Positions 39,355-52,674 of a stretch of 64,000 bases of DNA are shown one piece after another. Origin of the DNA: an uncultured Acidobacteriota bacterium. Its GTDB lineage: Bacteria > Acidobacteriota > UBA4820 > DSQY01. Where the stretch lies: contig CAVYWK010000022.1 in the NCBI GenBank assembly GCA_963772255.1, positions 149,797-213,796 on the forward strand. Direction: 5' to 3'. The translations under genes were made by a program, and so were the position numbers. The notes under the pieces are model-generated. The model saw only the letters and a list, made by a program, of their open reading frames with translations, did not search any database and was not told where the DNA came from. Each line of letters begins with the position of its first letter. Within the stretch, counting starts at the first letter, position 1.

Positions 39355-39758
39355 GGTTTGGCCGCCGGTTTCTGTGCGGGCCCCGCTGCCGGCGCAGGTT
39401 CGGCCTTCGCGCTGAGCTTCACGGTCCCTTCCACGAAGCCCCCCTCCATGACGGAGAGCGCCGGCGTGAGCATCTCCAGATCGCCCACGATCCGTCCCTT
39501 GGGGTGCACCTCTACCGGGCCCTTGGACTTGATGGTGCCTTCCAGGCGGCCATAGACCACGAGGGCGTTGACCTCGATCTCTCCCGAGACCTTTCCCTTC
39601 TCACCGACCACCAGACGATCCGACCGGGTGATCTTGCCCTTGAATTCGCCGTCCACGCGGAAGGTCTGGCTGAAAATGAGGGTCCCCTCCACCGAAACGC
39701 CCTCGCCCAGCATGCCGCCGACCTGAGCGCTCTCCGCCGGCTTTCTGGTGATCATCAT
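39351..39758 (-). CDS. Bactofilin, immediately downstream of parB
   Basis: Bactofilin beta-helix repeats (VDGEFKGKITRSDRLVVGEKGKVSGEIEVNALVVYGRLEG) and a Pro/Ala-rich C-terminal tail. Overlaps the parB stop. Confidence 0.75.
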   Translation of the reverse strand: MMITRKPAESAQVGGMLGEGVSVEGTLIFSQTFRVDGEFKGKITRSDRLVVGEKGKVSGEIEVNALVVYGRLEGTIKSKGPVEVHPKGRIVGDLEMLTPALSVMEGGFVEGTVKLSAKAEPAPAAGPAQKPAAKP

Positions 39759-40600
39759 GCCCTCCCTCCCTCTCCCAGGAGCCGCTCGAAAAGACTCTGC
39801 AGCTCCTCCTCGTTTCGGAATCTCACCGCCAGCTCACCGCCTCGGCCTCGCCGGCGAATCTCCACGGGCAACCCGAGTTCCCGGCTCACCTGTTCCGCGG
39901 CGGCCATCGTATCCGGATCGGTATGGCGGCGATTCGGAGCGCGTCCCCCACCCCGCCGGCGATAGGCTTCCGCCTCCCGAACCGAAAGCCCCCGCTTGAG
40001 GATCGCGTCCAGAAGATCCTCCTGGTCCTCGCGCTTCTTGTGCGAGAGGATGGCCTTGGCGTGACCGGTGGTAATTTGGCCGGCCTCCAGCGCCTTCAGT
40101 GCGAGCTGGGAAAGATGCAGCAGGCGAAGCGTATTGGCCACGGTGGCGCGCTCTTTGCCGACGCGGCGTGCCACCTCCTCTTGACTGAGGTCCAGATCCT
40201 CCACCAACATCTGGTAGGCCCGCGCCTCGTCCACGGGGTTCAGGTCCTCCCGTTGAATGTTCTCCACCAGGGCGAGTTCGAGCACCTGGGCGTCGGCCGC
40301 TTCCCGGATGAGGACGGGCACGCGCTGCAATCCGGCCTTCTGTGCGGCGCGCCACCGGCGCTCGCCGGCGATGATCTCGTATTTTCCATCGTTGGGGCGC
40401 ACGAGAATGGGTTGGAGGATGCCGTTGGAACGGATGGACTGGGCCAGGTCGGTGAGGGTCTCTTCATCGAATCGGGCCCTGGGCTGTCGGGGGTTGGGCT
40501 GGATCCGATGAACCTCCACCTCGAGGACCCGGCGAGGCTCCGGTCCGGGGGCGCTGAGAAGGGCGTCCAAGCCGCGCCCTAGGGCATTCTTAGCATTCAT
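39755..40600 (-). CDS. parB: Chromosome partitioning protein ParB
   Basis: ParB box ILQPILVRP...YEIIAGERRWRAAQKAGL plus HTH. ATG at 40600 with AGGAG upstream. Confidence 0.9.
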   Translation of the reverse strand: MNAKNALGRGLDALLSAPGPEPRRVLEVEVHRIQPNPRQPRARFDEETLTDLAQSIRSNGILQPILVRPNDGKYEIIAGERRWRAAQKAGLQRVPVLIREAADAQVLELALVENIQREDLNPVDEARAYQMLVEDLDLSQEEVARRVGKERATVANTLRLLHLSQLALKALEAGQITTGHAKAILSHKKREDQEDLLDAILKRGLSVREAEAYRRRGGGRAPNRRHTDPDTMAAAEQVSRELGLPVEIRRRGRGGELAVRFRNEEELQSLFERLLGEGGRA

Positions 40601-41354
40601 TGGCCATAAACTCCTGTGCCACCTGAAGATAGCTCTGGGCGCCCCGGGAGGCGATGTCGTAGAGGATGATGGGCTTCCCAAAGGAGGGTGCCTCGGCCAG
40701 TTTCACATTCCTGGGAACCGCTTGGTGGTACACCTTGTCGCCGAAAAAGCGCTGGACCTCTCCGGCCACCTGGCGGCCCAAATTGGTTCGCTCGTCCACC
40801 ATGGTCAACAGGACCCCCCTCACGGCGAGATTCGGGTTCATGGCCTCGCGTACACGCTCCAGCGTTCGCAGAAGTTCACTCACGCCTTCAATGGCGTAAT
40901 ACTCGGCCTGAATGGGGATGAGCACCTCATCCGCCGCCGTCAGCGCGTTGAGGGTGAGCAGGCCGAGAGAAGGCGGACAGTCAATTAAAATATAGTCATA
41001 ACTGTCTTTGATGGGTTCCAAGGCCCGCTTGAGGACGAACTCCCTCTCCTCCATGCCGGCCAATTCCACCTCTGCCCCGGCGAGCGAGATGGAACCGGGC
41101 AAGATGGAGAGGCCGGGAAGTTCCGTGAGACGGGCAGCCTCCTGGGCCGAGGCGACGCCAGAGAGCACGGCGTAAGTGCTCAAGCCTTCGCCGGCCTTGG
41201 GCAAACCCATACCGGACGTGCAGTTGGCCTGAGGATCGAAATCCACGAGGAGGACCCGCTTCTCGGCGGCCGCCAGGCAGGCGCCGAGATTGATGACGGT
41301 GGTGGTCTTGCCGACCCCACCCTTCTGATTGGCAACGGCGATGACTAGGCCCAC
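40590..41354 (-). CDS. parA: Chromosome partitioning ATPase ParA (Soj)
   Basis: Deviant Walker A NQKGGVGKTTT. GTG start at 41354 with AGGAGG 5 nt upstream. Confidence 0.85.
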   Translation of the reverse strand: MGLVIAVANQKGGVGKTTTVINLGACLAAAEKRVLLVDFDPQANCTSGMGLPKAGEGLSTYAVLSGVASAQEAARLTELPGLSILPGSISLAGAEVELAGMEEREFVLKRALEPIKDSYDYILIDCPPSLGLLTLNALTAADEVLIPIQAEYYAIEGVSELLRTLERVREAMNPNLAVRGVLLTMVDERTNLGRQVAGEVQRFFGDKVYHQAVPRNVKLAEAPSFGKPIILYDIASRGAQSYLQVAQEFMANEC

Positions 41355-41490
41355 GAATTCCTCCCATGCAGTCCTTGACTGTACCACGGCAGGCGCTCGC
41401 GGAGGAAGGGGCAAAAGGGTAGGTCTTAGGTCGAAGATGCCGCGCGAAGGAGGCCGGGCGTCTTGGCAAAGAACCCCTGCGGGATGGGCC

Positions 41491-42102
41491 TTACGGCGAT
41501 TCTTCGCGGGGGCCTTCCCTGCCAGGAGTCCCGGATGTTCCACGTGGAACACGGCAGAGCAAGAGCGGCACGGGGGGGGTCGTGGGAAGGCTGCGCTCCT
41601 CGACGGCAAGCCCCGCCTCGGACGCCCATCGGGCGTAATGCTCTTCTCGCTCCCCCCCGGTCCAGATGGCCAGGAGGCCTCCGGGGGCCAGGGTCCCCGC
41701 GAGGTTCTTGACGATACCGTGCCTCAGTCGGACCCCCCTCACGGTGATGACTTCCCAGCGTCTCGGGGACTCGCGCAGAATCACCTCGACCGTCCGGGCC
41801 TCCACGCGAAGGGACAGATCCAGAAGCATGGCCACTTCGCGCAAGAAGGCGGCCTTCTGCAAGCTTGGCTCGGTGAGGGTCCACCGCAGATCCGGCCGGG
41901 TGATGGCCAGCGGCACGGCCGGAAAGCCCCCCCCGCTACCCACATCCAGCACCTGAGCGTCCCTGGGGAGGTCCACAGCCACGGCCAGGGAAGGCACGAC
42001 CCCGAGGGCTATGGCCTCCTTCCTCGATTCGAAGGCGGTGAGCCTGTAGGCTTTGTTCCACTTGAAGAGTAGGTCGAGGTAGGCCTCAATCTTGGCGTTC
42101 AC
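41491..42102 (-). CDS. rsmG: 16S rRNA (guanine527-N7)-methyltransferase RsmG (GidB)
   Basis: SAM-binding [17 protein letters not shown] motif. Confidence 0.85.
   Translation of the reverse strand: MNAKIEAYLDLLFKWNKAYRLTAFESRKEAIALGVVPSLAVAVDLPRDAQVLDVGSGGGFPAVPLAITRPDLRWTLTEPSLQKAAFLREVAMLLDLSLRVEARTVEVILRESPRRWEVITVRGVRLRHGIVKNLAGTLAPGGLLAIWTGGEREEHYARWASEAGLAVEERSLPTTPPVPLLLCRVPRGTSGTPGREGPREESP
41536..41551. promoter_or_regulatory. Candidate parS centromere site, TGTTCCACGTGGAACA
   Basis: Perfect 16 bp palindrome matching the parS consensus TGTTTCACGTGAAACA at 14 of 16 positions, with the two changes symmetric. It lies in the 3' end of rsmG just upstream of parAB and is the only copy in the window. 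Confidence 0.55.
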
Positions 42103-43930
42103 GGCGTGCCCTCCTCTGCGCTTCCACGGCCAACCGGAGCACGGTCAACGCGGCCGGGGTGACACCAGGAATCCGTGAAGCTTGATCCAGCGTCACCGGC
42201 CTGACGGCCGCCAGCCGCTCCACCATTTCACCGCTGAGGTTGGGTAGTGCGGTATAGTCGAGCCCCTCGGGGATGCGCCGCCCGCGAGCATCCATCGTCC
42301 GTTGCACCTGAACCCTCTCCCGCTCCCGGTACCCACGCGTCTTGACCTCTGCCTCCAGATGCATGGCCAACCAGCGGTCCCATGATCGCCCGCCCAGGTG
42401 AGGGGCGAGGTCGTCCAAAGTAACTCCCTGCCGGCTGAGCGCTTGCGCCAGGGGCACGCTCTGTCCCTCTTCGAGCACGAGGGTCTGGTCAAGCTTTTCC
42501 AGCAGGGCTTCGAATTGTCCCTTTCGCCCGGCAATGCTCTTCGCGTGCTCCTCCGATTGAAGCCCGTCGCGTTCCACCAGGGGTGTGAGCCTGAGATAAG
42601 CGCTCTGACGGTCCAGGAGAAGGCGGTATTCGGCCCGGGCGGTGAACATCCTGTAGGGTTCGGTCACGCCCCGCGTCACCAGGTCGTCCACGAGGACGGC
42701 GAGGTAGGTCTCCTCCCGGCCGGGCAGAAACGGGGGTTCGCTCCGAAGTGCCCTGGCGGCGTTGAGGCCGGCCCAGAAGCCCAGCGCCGCAGCCTCCTCG
42801 TATCCCGTCGTTCCGTTCACCTGCCCAGCCAGATAAAGGCCCGGGAGGCTCTTGCATTCCAGAGTTTGCCCAAGCGCCCTGGGATCCACGAAATCGTACT
42901 CGACGGCATAGCCATACTTGAGGATGATGGCCTCCTCGAGCCCGGGGATGCTGTGGACGACCGACTCCTGTACGTCCCTGGGCAGGGACGTGGAAATGCC
43001 GTTGGGATAAATCTCCTGAGAATCGACGCCATCGGGTTCGAGAAACACCTGATGGGTCTCGTTGTGCGGGAAGCGAACCACCTTGTCTTCGATGGAGGGG
43101 CAGTAGCGCGGACCCCGGCCCCGGATTGCACCGGCAAATAGCGGCGACCTTTCCAGGTTGGCCTCGATGATCCGCCGGGTGTCACCCGTCGTTCGGGTCA
43201 GGTGGCAGGGCATCTGGGGCATAGCCGGGAACGGACGGCTTTGCAGTGAGAAGGGTTCGGGATCCGCATCCCCGGCCTGAGGCCTCAGCCGGCCCCAAGC
43301 GATGGATGCCTTGGCCAGCCTCGGCGGCGTACCCGTTTTGAATCGCCCCACCGGCAGGCCAAGGTCCCTGAGGCTCTGCGCCAGCCGCCCGGCGCTGAAC
43401 TCCCCCAGACGTCCACCGCGCGTTTGCTCCGGCCCCACGTGCATGAGGGCATCTAGAAAGGTGCCTGCGGTGAGGATGACCACTCGGGCGTTGATTTGCC
43501 CGCCGCCCTCCAGGCTCACGCCCGCGGCGCGCCCATTTCGAAGCAGGACCTCTGCCGCGCGTCCCTCCAAGAGTTCCAACCCGGAGGTCCCCTCCAGGGC
43601 GCGCCTCACGAATCGGTGGTACTCCCATCGATCGCTCTGACAGCGGAGGCCTTGGACGGCGGGCCCCTTGCTGGCGTTGAGGAGACGAAAGTGGATCCCC
43701 GTAGCATCGGCGGCCTTCGCCATGAGTCCGCCCAGGGCGTCGAGCTCCCGGACGAGGTGCCCCTTCCCGATGCCGCCGATGGAGGGATTGCACGACTGGC
43801 GCGCCAGGGCTCCGAGATCGTCCGTGACCAACACCGTGGACAGGCCCTTCAACGCGAGGACCCGCGCGGCCTCAACCCCGGCGTGCCCGCCGCCGACCAC
43901 CACCGCATCGCAGGAGAGCAGGTCAGGCAT
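42086..43930 (-). CDS. mnmG: tRNA uridine 5-carboxymethylaminomethyl modification enzyme MnmG (GidA)
   Basis: FAD-binding [13 protein letters not shown] motif and conserved GidA family sequence throughout. Confidence 0.9.
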   Translation of the reverse strand: MPDLLSCDAVVVGGGHAGVEAARVLALKGLSTVLVTDDLGALARQSCNPSIGGIGKGHLVRELDALGGLMAKAADATGIHFRLLNASKGPAVQGLRCQSDRWEYHRFVRRALEGTSGLELLEGRAAEVLLRNGRAAGVSLEGGGQINARVVILTAGTFLDALMHVGPEQTRGGRLGEFSAGRLAQSLRDLGLPVGRFKTGTPPRLAKASIAWGRLRPQAGDADPEPFSLQSRPFPAMPQMPCHLTRTTGDTRRIIEANLERSPLFAGAIRGRGPRYCPSIEDKVVRFPHNETHQVFLEPDGVDSQEIYPNGISTSLPRDVQESVVHSIPGLEEAIILKYGYAVEYDFVDPRALGQTLECKSLPGLYLAGQVNGTTGYEEAAALGFWAGLNAARALRSEPPFLPGREETYLAVLVDDLVTRGVTEPYRMFTARAEYRLLLDRQSAYLRLTPLVERDGLQSEEHAKSIAGRKGQFEALLEKLDQTLVLEEGQSVPLAQALSRQGVTLDDLAPHLGGRSWDRWLAMHLEAEVKTRGYRERERVQVQRTMDARGRRIPEGLDYTALPNLSGEMVERLAAVRPVTLDQASRIPGVTPAALTVLRLAVEAQRRARRERQD

Positions 43931-43969
43931 GGCGGGTGGCCCCGGCACCGAGAAATCGCGCTTCACCGC

Positions 43970-45319
43970 TCATTTCCCGATGCAAAAACGCGCGAACACG
44001 CGATCGTAGAGGTCTTCCGCCGCCCCGCCACCGAGCAGGTCGTCCAGGGCCTCCTGGACCCGAATCAGGCCAGGTGTCGCAAGGTCCTCGGAGCCTCCGC
44101 CGTCCAAGACCCGCAGGGCCTCATGGCAGCCCGCCAGGGCCCTTCCCACGGCCTCCAACTGGCGCTCCGAGTTGATCTGGTCCAGCTCTACGGGCAAGGT
44201 GGATTCCATCCAGGACTGCAACGCCGACGACAGGGCGCCGATCCCCTCTCCCGTTAGGGCACTCACCGCCAGGCTACGGGGGCCCTGCGGGGGGCCGGGC
44301 GGCGCCAAGTCCGATTTGTTGGCCACCAGTGCAAGCGGGGCATGCTTCAACTCTCTCAGCACGGCCTCCGCCTCATCATCCCACCCCCGGGACCCGTCAA
44401 AGACCAGCAGGACGCCGTCGGCCCGGCCGGCCATGTGAAGCCCGCGCGCCACACCAAGAGCCTCTACGGGATCCAAGGCATCCCGCACGCCCGCCGTGTC
44501 CATGAGAATCAGCGGATAGCCGCCGATTTGGACGGATTCTTCCAACACGTCCCGAGTGGTCCCTGGATGTGGGGAAACCAGCGCCCGCTCCCGTCGCAGG
44601 AGCGCGTTGAACAGTGAAGACTTGCCCGAATTGGCCGGTCCGACGAGAGCCACGCGCCAACCCTCCCTGAGGAATCGAAGCGCCGGGGCGGTGCTCATGA
44701 GGCTGGACAGGCGCCGCTCCATCTCCCGAAGCGTTTCTCTCGATCCTGCCGAGGCCTGGTCTTCCACATCTTCGGGAAAGTCGATGGCCGCTTCCCACTG
44801 GGCCCGAATGTCCATGACGCTTTCGAGGTGGATCCGAAGATCGCGCTCCAGGCCGCCCAGCAGCCCCCGCCCCATTCGCATGGCCTGTCCATCGGTCTGG
44901 GCCTCCACCAAGGCATTGATGGCCTCCGCTTCCAACACCGACATCTTGTCATTCAGGTAGGCCCGGTAGGAGAACTCCCCCGGCAACGCCATGCGGGCGC
45001 CGAGTCCCAGGGCCAGGTCGAGGATTCCCCTGACGATTCCCGGAGCGCCATGCGCCTGGATCTCCACCACATCCTCGCCGGTGAAGGAGTCCGGCGAAGG
45101 AAAGCACACCGCCAGCGCTTGATCGAGGGGCTCGCGGCCCGCAAGCCCTATGAATCCGAGGCACAACGATCGCGGCTTGTCCCAGGGGAGGGGTCCCGCG
45201 GATGCGAAAAGATCTTTCAAAATCCCTATCGCTCGCGGGCCGCTGAACCTCACCACCCGAAGGGCGCCCCTGCCTGGCGGGGTCGCCTCTGCAGCGACGG
45301 TGTCCAACGAGGTGGTCAT
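43970..45319 (-). CDS. mnmE: tRNA modification GTPase MnmE (TrmE)
   Basis: G domain GPANSGKSSLFNALL and DTAGVRD. C-terminal CIGK tetrapeptide. ATG at 45319 overlaps the yidC stop. Confidence 0.9.
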   Translation of the reverse strand: MTTSLDTVAAEATPPGRGALRVVRFSGPRAIGILKDLFASAGPLPWDKPRSLCLGFIGLAGREPLDQALAVCFPSPDSFTGEDVVEIQAHGAPGIVRGILDLALGLGARMALPGEFSYRAYLNDKMSVLEAEAINALVEAQTDGQAMRMGRGLLGGLERDLRIHLESVMDIRAQWEAAIDFPEDVEDQASAGSRETLREMERRLSSLMSTAPALRFLREGWRVALVGPANSGKSSLFNALLRRERALVSPHPGTTRDVLEESVQIGGYPLILMDTAGVRDALDPVEALGVARGLHMAGRADGVLLVFDGSRGWDDEAEAVLRELKHAPLALVANKSDLAPPGPPQGPRSLAVSALTGEGIGALSSALQSWMESTLPVELDQINSERQLEAVGRALAGCHEALRVLDGGGSEDLATPGLIRVQEALDDLLGGGAAEDLYDRVFARFCIGK

Positions 45320-47086
45320 GACGGGCGTGACGGTCCCTTGGGGGTGGATTTCCTTCCCTTGGCGGCGGCCTCCTGGCGCTGCGCCACCTGGCGGTTGATG
45401 AGGGCCTGCTGCCCCATGGTCAGGATGTTGTTGGCGAGCCAGTAGAGCGTCAACCCCGCGGGCGCCCACAGGCAGATCCACGTGAACATGACGGGCATGA
45501 AGTAGAGGATCATCTTCTGGCTGCCCTCCATGCCCGTCGTGGCCGTCATCTTCGTGGAGATGAACATGGAGATCCCCATCAGGATGGGGGTCACATAGTA
45601 GGGATCCTGAACCGATAGGTCCTGAATCCAGCCGAAGAAGGGCGCACCGCGCAATTCGATGGTCAGCGGCAGGAGCGTGAAGAGGGCGAAAAAGATGGGC
45701 ATCTGGAGGAGCAGGGGCAGGCATCCGGTCATGCCACCGAGAGGGTTGATGCCCTCCCGCTGGTAGAGGGCCATCATCTCCTCGTTCATTTTGGACCGCG
45801 TGGTCATGTCCTTGCCCAGCTTCTTGTACTTGGCTTTGATACGGTCGACCTGGGGCTTGAGCTTCTTCATCCCCTCCCCCATCTCCTTCATCTTGACCAT
45901 GGAGCGCTGGGTGAGCGGATAGAAGGCCACTTTGATGAAGAGTGTAAGAAGGAGGATCGCCACGCCATAGTTGGCCACCAGGGCGTAGATCTTATTGAGG
46001 GACCACAACAGGAAGGCGCAGATCGGGCTGAGCCAGCCCCAGTCCTGGAGTTTGAACAGATTTCCCCCCATCGTGCTCCAGCGCTTCCATTCCTTGGGAC
46101 CGATGAAGACCTTTCCCCGTTCCGGAAACGCCACCACCAGCTCCACGGCGGTCTCCGCCGGGTGGACTTTCTGCTCGTCCAGCGTCAAGGCCCGGGTGAC
46201 GACCGTTGCGCTGGTCATGGGAGTGTCTGGGAGGAAAATGGCCGCGAAGTAGTTGTTCGTCAGGGCGGCCCACTCCAGGGGACCCTTGTCGCCCCAGGCC
46301 TCTCGCACGGGCGGACTCCCCAGCTTGACCTTGGAGCGCTGGACCTTCTTGTAGGCTCCGGCCTGGGACAGGCCGACATACTCCTGCTTGAAGTAGCGGT
46401 CCTTGACCTGGGACTGCAACAAGTGTCCCAGTCCTGGGCCCCAGGAGAGGGGAACCGGGGCCAGGGGCTTGTTCCCCTTGAGGGCGACCACTTGGAGGCC
46501 GAGCTCATATCCCGAAGAAGGGAGCGTGAACGTCTTGGTGACGGCGTTGCCCTGACCATCGGCCCAGGACATCTTCAGGCCCTTCGCCCCCGAGGCGTCG
46601 GCTAACTGTTCCACGTGGAACAATGCACCGGCCACCGCCTTGTCATAGTCCTTGTCCCCGGTGGACAAACTCAGGGGGTAGTCGCCCGTAACTTCGGCCA
46701 GTGGAGAAACCAGGTCGTCGTTGGGCCCTCCCTTTTCTCGATACTTCTTGAGCACGGCCTTGGTGAGCACCGCGCCTTTGCTCGTAAACTCCAGCCTCAG
46801 GTCATCGTTTTCCAGGGAGAAGGCACTCTCCTTCTCCCCCTGCACCGCCTGGGGGGGTTCGACGGCGGGCGATTGCAGGGTCTGCCCCTCGCCGCCCTGG
46901 GCGGGCCTAGCCTCTTGCGCGGGCGGCTTCGTGGCCGATTCGCACGGCCTGGCCGCCCTTGACCGGCGCCGGATTGTTCTTCGGACGCATGAAGTACGAC
47001 ATGCCCACGAAGATCACTCCCATGAGGGCCATGGCCCAGATGAGGCGTTTAAAGCTCTGCGGGTCGTCCTGTCCCAGTTGTTCCAT
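45316..47086 (-). CDS. yidC: Membrane protein insertase YidC, with a frame break near 46850-46910 separating the N-terminal TM segment from the body
   Basis: The body is in the 45316-46845 frame (large periplasmic domain plus C-terminal 5-TM core). The N-terminal TM segment MEQLGQDDPQSFKRLIWAMALMGVIFVGMSYF is in the 46907-47092 frame. Confidence 0.8.
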
Positions 47087-47088
47087 GG

Positions 47089-47321
47089 TCAATCGCTCCC
47101 TTTGCCCGGGGTGGGGACGGGGTCGTACCCGCCCTCACACCAGGGATTGCACCGCAGGACCCTTTTGAGTCCCATCCAGCCGCCCCGTAAAGCGCCAAAC
47201 CGATCAACCGCCGAATAGGTGTAACACGAGCAGGACGGATAGAACCGGCAGGCGTTACCCAGCAACGGGCTCAGTGTCCACTGATAAAGCCGAATGACCA
47301 GGAGTATCAGGGTGCGCACGG
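47089..47321 (-). CDS. yidD: Membrane protein insertion efficiency factor YidD
   Basis: LIRLYQWTLSPLLGNACRFYPSCSCY motif. Confidence 0.8.
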
Positions 47322-47699
47322 CCGAAAACCCTCTCGCTCCAGGCGACCCACCACATCCAGAAAGTGCCTCAACACATCCTCGATGGTCATCCCCGCGGCC
47401 GATCGCTTCGCGTTGACGACCAGGACGCAACCCTCCGGTAGCCGGTCCCGGGTTTGGCGAAATCCCACCCGGATCAAACGCTTGAGCCGATTGCGCTCTA
47501 CGGCGTCGCCCACGACCTTGGGAACCGTACATCCCAGCCGGCGCAGCGGTCCCTCTCCCGGGCAAGCATAGAACACGAGCCGCGCGGTGTACATGGGCGC
47601 GGCCCGGTGGTAGACCGACTTGTACTCCGGGCGTTTCCGAACCTTGTCGTCTTTGCGAAAAGGGCCGGGCGGGGAGATTACGCGGGGGTGAGGCGCCAT
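47307..47699 (-). CDS. rnpA: RNase P protein component; the start is uncertain
   Basis: RNR-like basic motif [14 protein letters not shown]. Positioned between rpmH and yidD as usual. Confidence 0.7.
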   Translation of the reverse strand: MAPHPRVISPPGPFRKDDKVRKRPEYKSVYHRAAPMYTARLVFYACPGEGPLRRLGCTVPKVVGDAVERNRLKRLIRVGFRQTRDRLPEGCVLVVNAKRSAAGMTIEDVLRHFLDVVGRLEREGFRPCAP

Positions 47700-47816
47700 C
47701 GCCCCTTGGCGCGCCTGCGTGCCAATACCTCGCGGCCGCCTTTGGTGGACATGCGGGCGCGGAACCCGTGGGTCTTGGCCCGTCGGTGCCTGTTCGGCTG
47801 ATACGTTCTCTTCATG
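47679..47816 (-). CDS. rpmH: 50S ribosomal protein L34 (not in the ORF track)
   Basis: Translation [45 protein letters not shown] matches the L34 family almost residue for residue. Confidence 0.85.
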
Positions 47817-47854
47817 GCATCGTCTCTCTAAAGAAAGGGTGACTCAGGTCCAAC

Positions 47855-48283
47855 TTACTTGGGAAGAGGCGCCGATTTGGCCGCCACTTGCATTCTACTC
47901 AGGGCCTGCTCCAGTGCGACCTGCGAGGCCAGGAAGTCGGCATCTGGGCGTTTCAGCTTACGCTCCGCCTGGTCCCGCGCCTCCGTGGCGGCCACCATAT
48001 CGATTTCCTCAGGGACCTCGGCCACGTCGGCCAGTACGGTGACGCGGTCCGGAAGGATCTCCACGAAACCCCAGGACACGAAGAGGTACTTCACGACGCT
48101 ACCCGTCCTGTACTTGATTTCCCCGATTTTGAGCGAAGTCAAAAGCGGGGTGTGCCCGGGAAGCACGCCCAAGTAACCCTCTTCGCCCGGAAGTGTGACC
48201 TCGTCCACGATCGTGCTCACGAGGCTGCGCTCCGGGGTTACGATGCTGAGCTGGATCTTGGTGGGCAGATCGAAGGTCGCCAT
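47855..48283 (-). CDS. atpC: F1Fo ATP synthase epsilon subunit
   Basis: Typical N-terminal beta-sandwich sequence and position after atpD. Confidence 0.85.
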   Translation of the reverse strand: MATFDLPTKIQLSIVTPERSLVSTIVDEVTLPGEEGYLGVLPGHTPLLTSLKIGEIKYRTGSVVKYLFVSWGFVEILPDRVTVLADVAEVPEEIDMVAATEARDQAERKLKRPDADFLASQVALEQALSRMQVAAKSAPLPK

Positions 48284-48292
48284 CGCTATCCC

Positions 48293-50610
<2,318 letters not shown>

Positions 50611-50613
50611 GGC

Positions 50614-52134
50614 CTAGGTCGCTTCCTGCTCCTTGAGGAACTGGTGCTTGTACTCTTTGAGGAACTGGTCGAGCTGGCCGGCGAGGGCGTCGTCCATGAC
50701 CTTCTTATCCCGGAGGGCGTCCATCCAAACCTGGCCGTTCAGGTCCAGATAGTTGTAAAGACCCTTCTCGAAAGGCCGGCATTTGGCCACTTCGATGTCG
50801 TCCAGGTAGCCATGTGTGGCCCCGTAGATAATGGCAATCTGCTGCACCACATCCAGGGGCTGGTACTGGTTCTGCTTGAGGATCTCCACCAGCCTGACGC
50901 CTCGGTTGAGCTGGGATTGCGTGGCTTTGTCCAGGTCCGAACCGAACTGGGCGAAGGCCGCGAGCTCGCGGTACTGGGCCAGCTCGAGGCGCAGGGTGCC
51001 GGCCACGCTTTTCATGGCCTTGATCTGGGCGTTGCCGCCCACGCGGCTCACGGAGATGCCCACGTTGAGCGCCGGGCGGACGCCCTGGTAAAAGAGGTCC
51101 GATTCCAGGTAGATCTGGCCGTCCGTGATGGAGATGACGTTGGTGGGGATGTACGCGGAGACATCGCCGGCCTGAGTCTCGATGATGGGCAGGGCCGTCA
51201 GCGATCCTCCGCCCTCCTTGGGGCTCAGGTTGGCCGAGCGCTCCAGGAGCCGGGAGTGCAGGTAGAACACGTCGCCCGGGTAGGCCTCGCGGCCCGGGGG
51301 GCGGCGCAGGAGCAGCGAGATCTCGCGGTAGGCCGCGGCGTGCTTGGACAGGTCGTCGAAGACCACCAGCACATGTTTTCCCTGATGCATGAAGTATTCG
51401 CCGATGGCGCACCCGGAATAGGGCGCGATGTACTGCAGCGAGGCGGGCTCCGAGGCCGAAGCGGAGAGGACGATGGTGTGGTCCATGGCGCCGTAGTCAC
51501 CCAGGGTCTTCACCACCTGGGCGATGGTCGAGCGCTTCTGGCCGATGGCCACGTAGATGCAGATGACGTCTTTGCCCTTCTGGTTGATGATCGTATCGAT
51601 GGCCACTGCCGTTTTTCCGGTCTGGCGGTCGCCGATGATGAGCTCGCGCTGGCCTCGCCCGATGGGGATCATGGCATCGATGGGCTTGAGCCCCGTCTGG
51701 AGCGGGATCCTGACGGGCTGGCGCTGGACGATGCCCGGCGCGATGCGCTCGATGGGGAACCTCACGGAGGACTCGATGGGGCCGCGGCCGTCCTCGGGTG
51801 CCCCCAGGGGGTTGATGACTCTGCCGATCATGGCCTCCCCTGCCGGCACGGACATGATCTGCCCCGTGCGGCGGACCTCGTCGCCCTCTTTGACCAGGGA
51901 GGTCTCGCCCATGAGCACGGCGCCCACGCTGTCCTCTTCCAGGTTGAGGGCCATGCCGTACATGTCCTCGCCTAGGGAGAGGAGTTCCCCGGCCATGACC
52001 TTCTCCAGGCCGTATATGCGCGCGATGCCGTCGCCGACGGACGTCACATACCCCACCTCGGCCACGTCCAACCGGCTTTCGAAGCCCTCCAGCTGGCTCT
52101 TGAGAATTTTGCTGATCTCGTCCGTCTTGATCAT
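50614..52134 (-). CDS. atpA: F1Fo ATP synthase alpha subunit
   Basis: Walker A GDRQTGKT. 506 aa. Confidence 0.95.
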   Translation of the reverse strand: MIKTDEISKILKSQLEGFESRLDVAEVGYVTSVGDGIARIYGLEKVMAGELLSLGEDMYGMALNLEEDSVGAVLMGETSLVKEGDEVRRTGQIMSVPAGEAMIGRVINPLGAPEDGRGPIESSVRFPIERIAPGIVQRQPVRIPLQTGLKPIDAMIPIGRGQRELIIGDRQTGKTAVAIDTIINQKGKDVICIYVAIGQKRSTIAQVVKTLGDYGAMDHTIVLSASASEPASLQYIAPYSGCAIGEYFMHQGKHVLVVFDDLSKHAAAYREISLLLRRPPGREAYPGDVFYLHSRLLERSANLSPKEGGGSLTALPIIETQAGDVSAYIPTNVISITDGQIYLESDLFYQGVRPALNVGISVSRVGGNAQIKAMKSVAGTLRLELAQYRELAAFAQFGSDLDKATQSQLNRGVRLVEILKQNQYQPLDVVQQIAIIYGATHGYLDDIEVAKCRPFEKGLYNYLDLNGQVWMDALRDKKVMDDALAGQLDQFLKEYKHQFLKEQEAT

Positions 52135-52140
52135 CTCTGC

Positions 52141-52674
52141 CTACCCCTTCACGAGGTCTTGATGGAGGGCCTTGAGCGCCCCGGCCACTGTGCCGTCGTA
52201 GACGGTGGATCCCATGCGCAACTCCACACCCCCCAGGAGCGCCGGAGACACGCCCGATTCGATCTCGACGCGATGTCCCAGAAGCTTGCTCAGGCGCATC
52301 GCTAAATCTTTTGTAGCCGCCGGATCCAAGGGCCTCGCCGTTCGGACCCTCGCCCGGACCACGCCGCGCTTTTCGTCGCACAGCCCGCGAAAGGCGTCCA
52401 CCAGCTCGGCCCACTGCCTCACCCGGTGGTTCGCGATAGCCACCAGCAGGAACCGGGAGGCCATGGGTTCAAAGCCCGCCTTGGCCGCCAGATCACCCAG
52501 GAGCTTGCTCTTGGCCAAGGCCGGAATCCCCGGATTTTCCAAAGCGCCCTGGAGGCCAGGGACCTGCGCCAACCAGGTGCCCACCGTTTCGAGATCGCCT
52601 AAGACCTTCTCGGGATCGGCGCCGCCGAGTCCGGCCATGAGGGCCTGCGCGTAGCGCCTACCTACCGCGCTCAT
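52141..52674 (-). CDS. atpH: F1Fo ATP synthase delta (OSCP) subunit
   Basis: ATG at 52674 with GGAGGAGG upstream. OSCP-like sequence. Confidence 0.8.
   Translation of the reverse strand: MSAVGRRYAQALMAGLGGADPEKVLGDLETVGTWLAQVPGLQGALENPGIPALAKSKLLGDLAAKAGFEPMASRFLLVAIANHRVRQWAELVDAFRGLCDEKRGVVRARVRTARPLDPAATKDLAMRLSKLLGHRVEIESGVSPALLGGVELRMGSTVYDGTVAGALKALHQDLVKG

Noticed and set aside
47690-47860. Looked for dnaA and DnaA boxes next to rpmH as a candidate oriC
   Set aside because: rpmH is followed within 40 bp by atpC on the same strand. There is no dnaA and no AT-rich unwinding element in the window.
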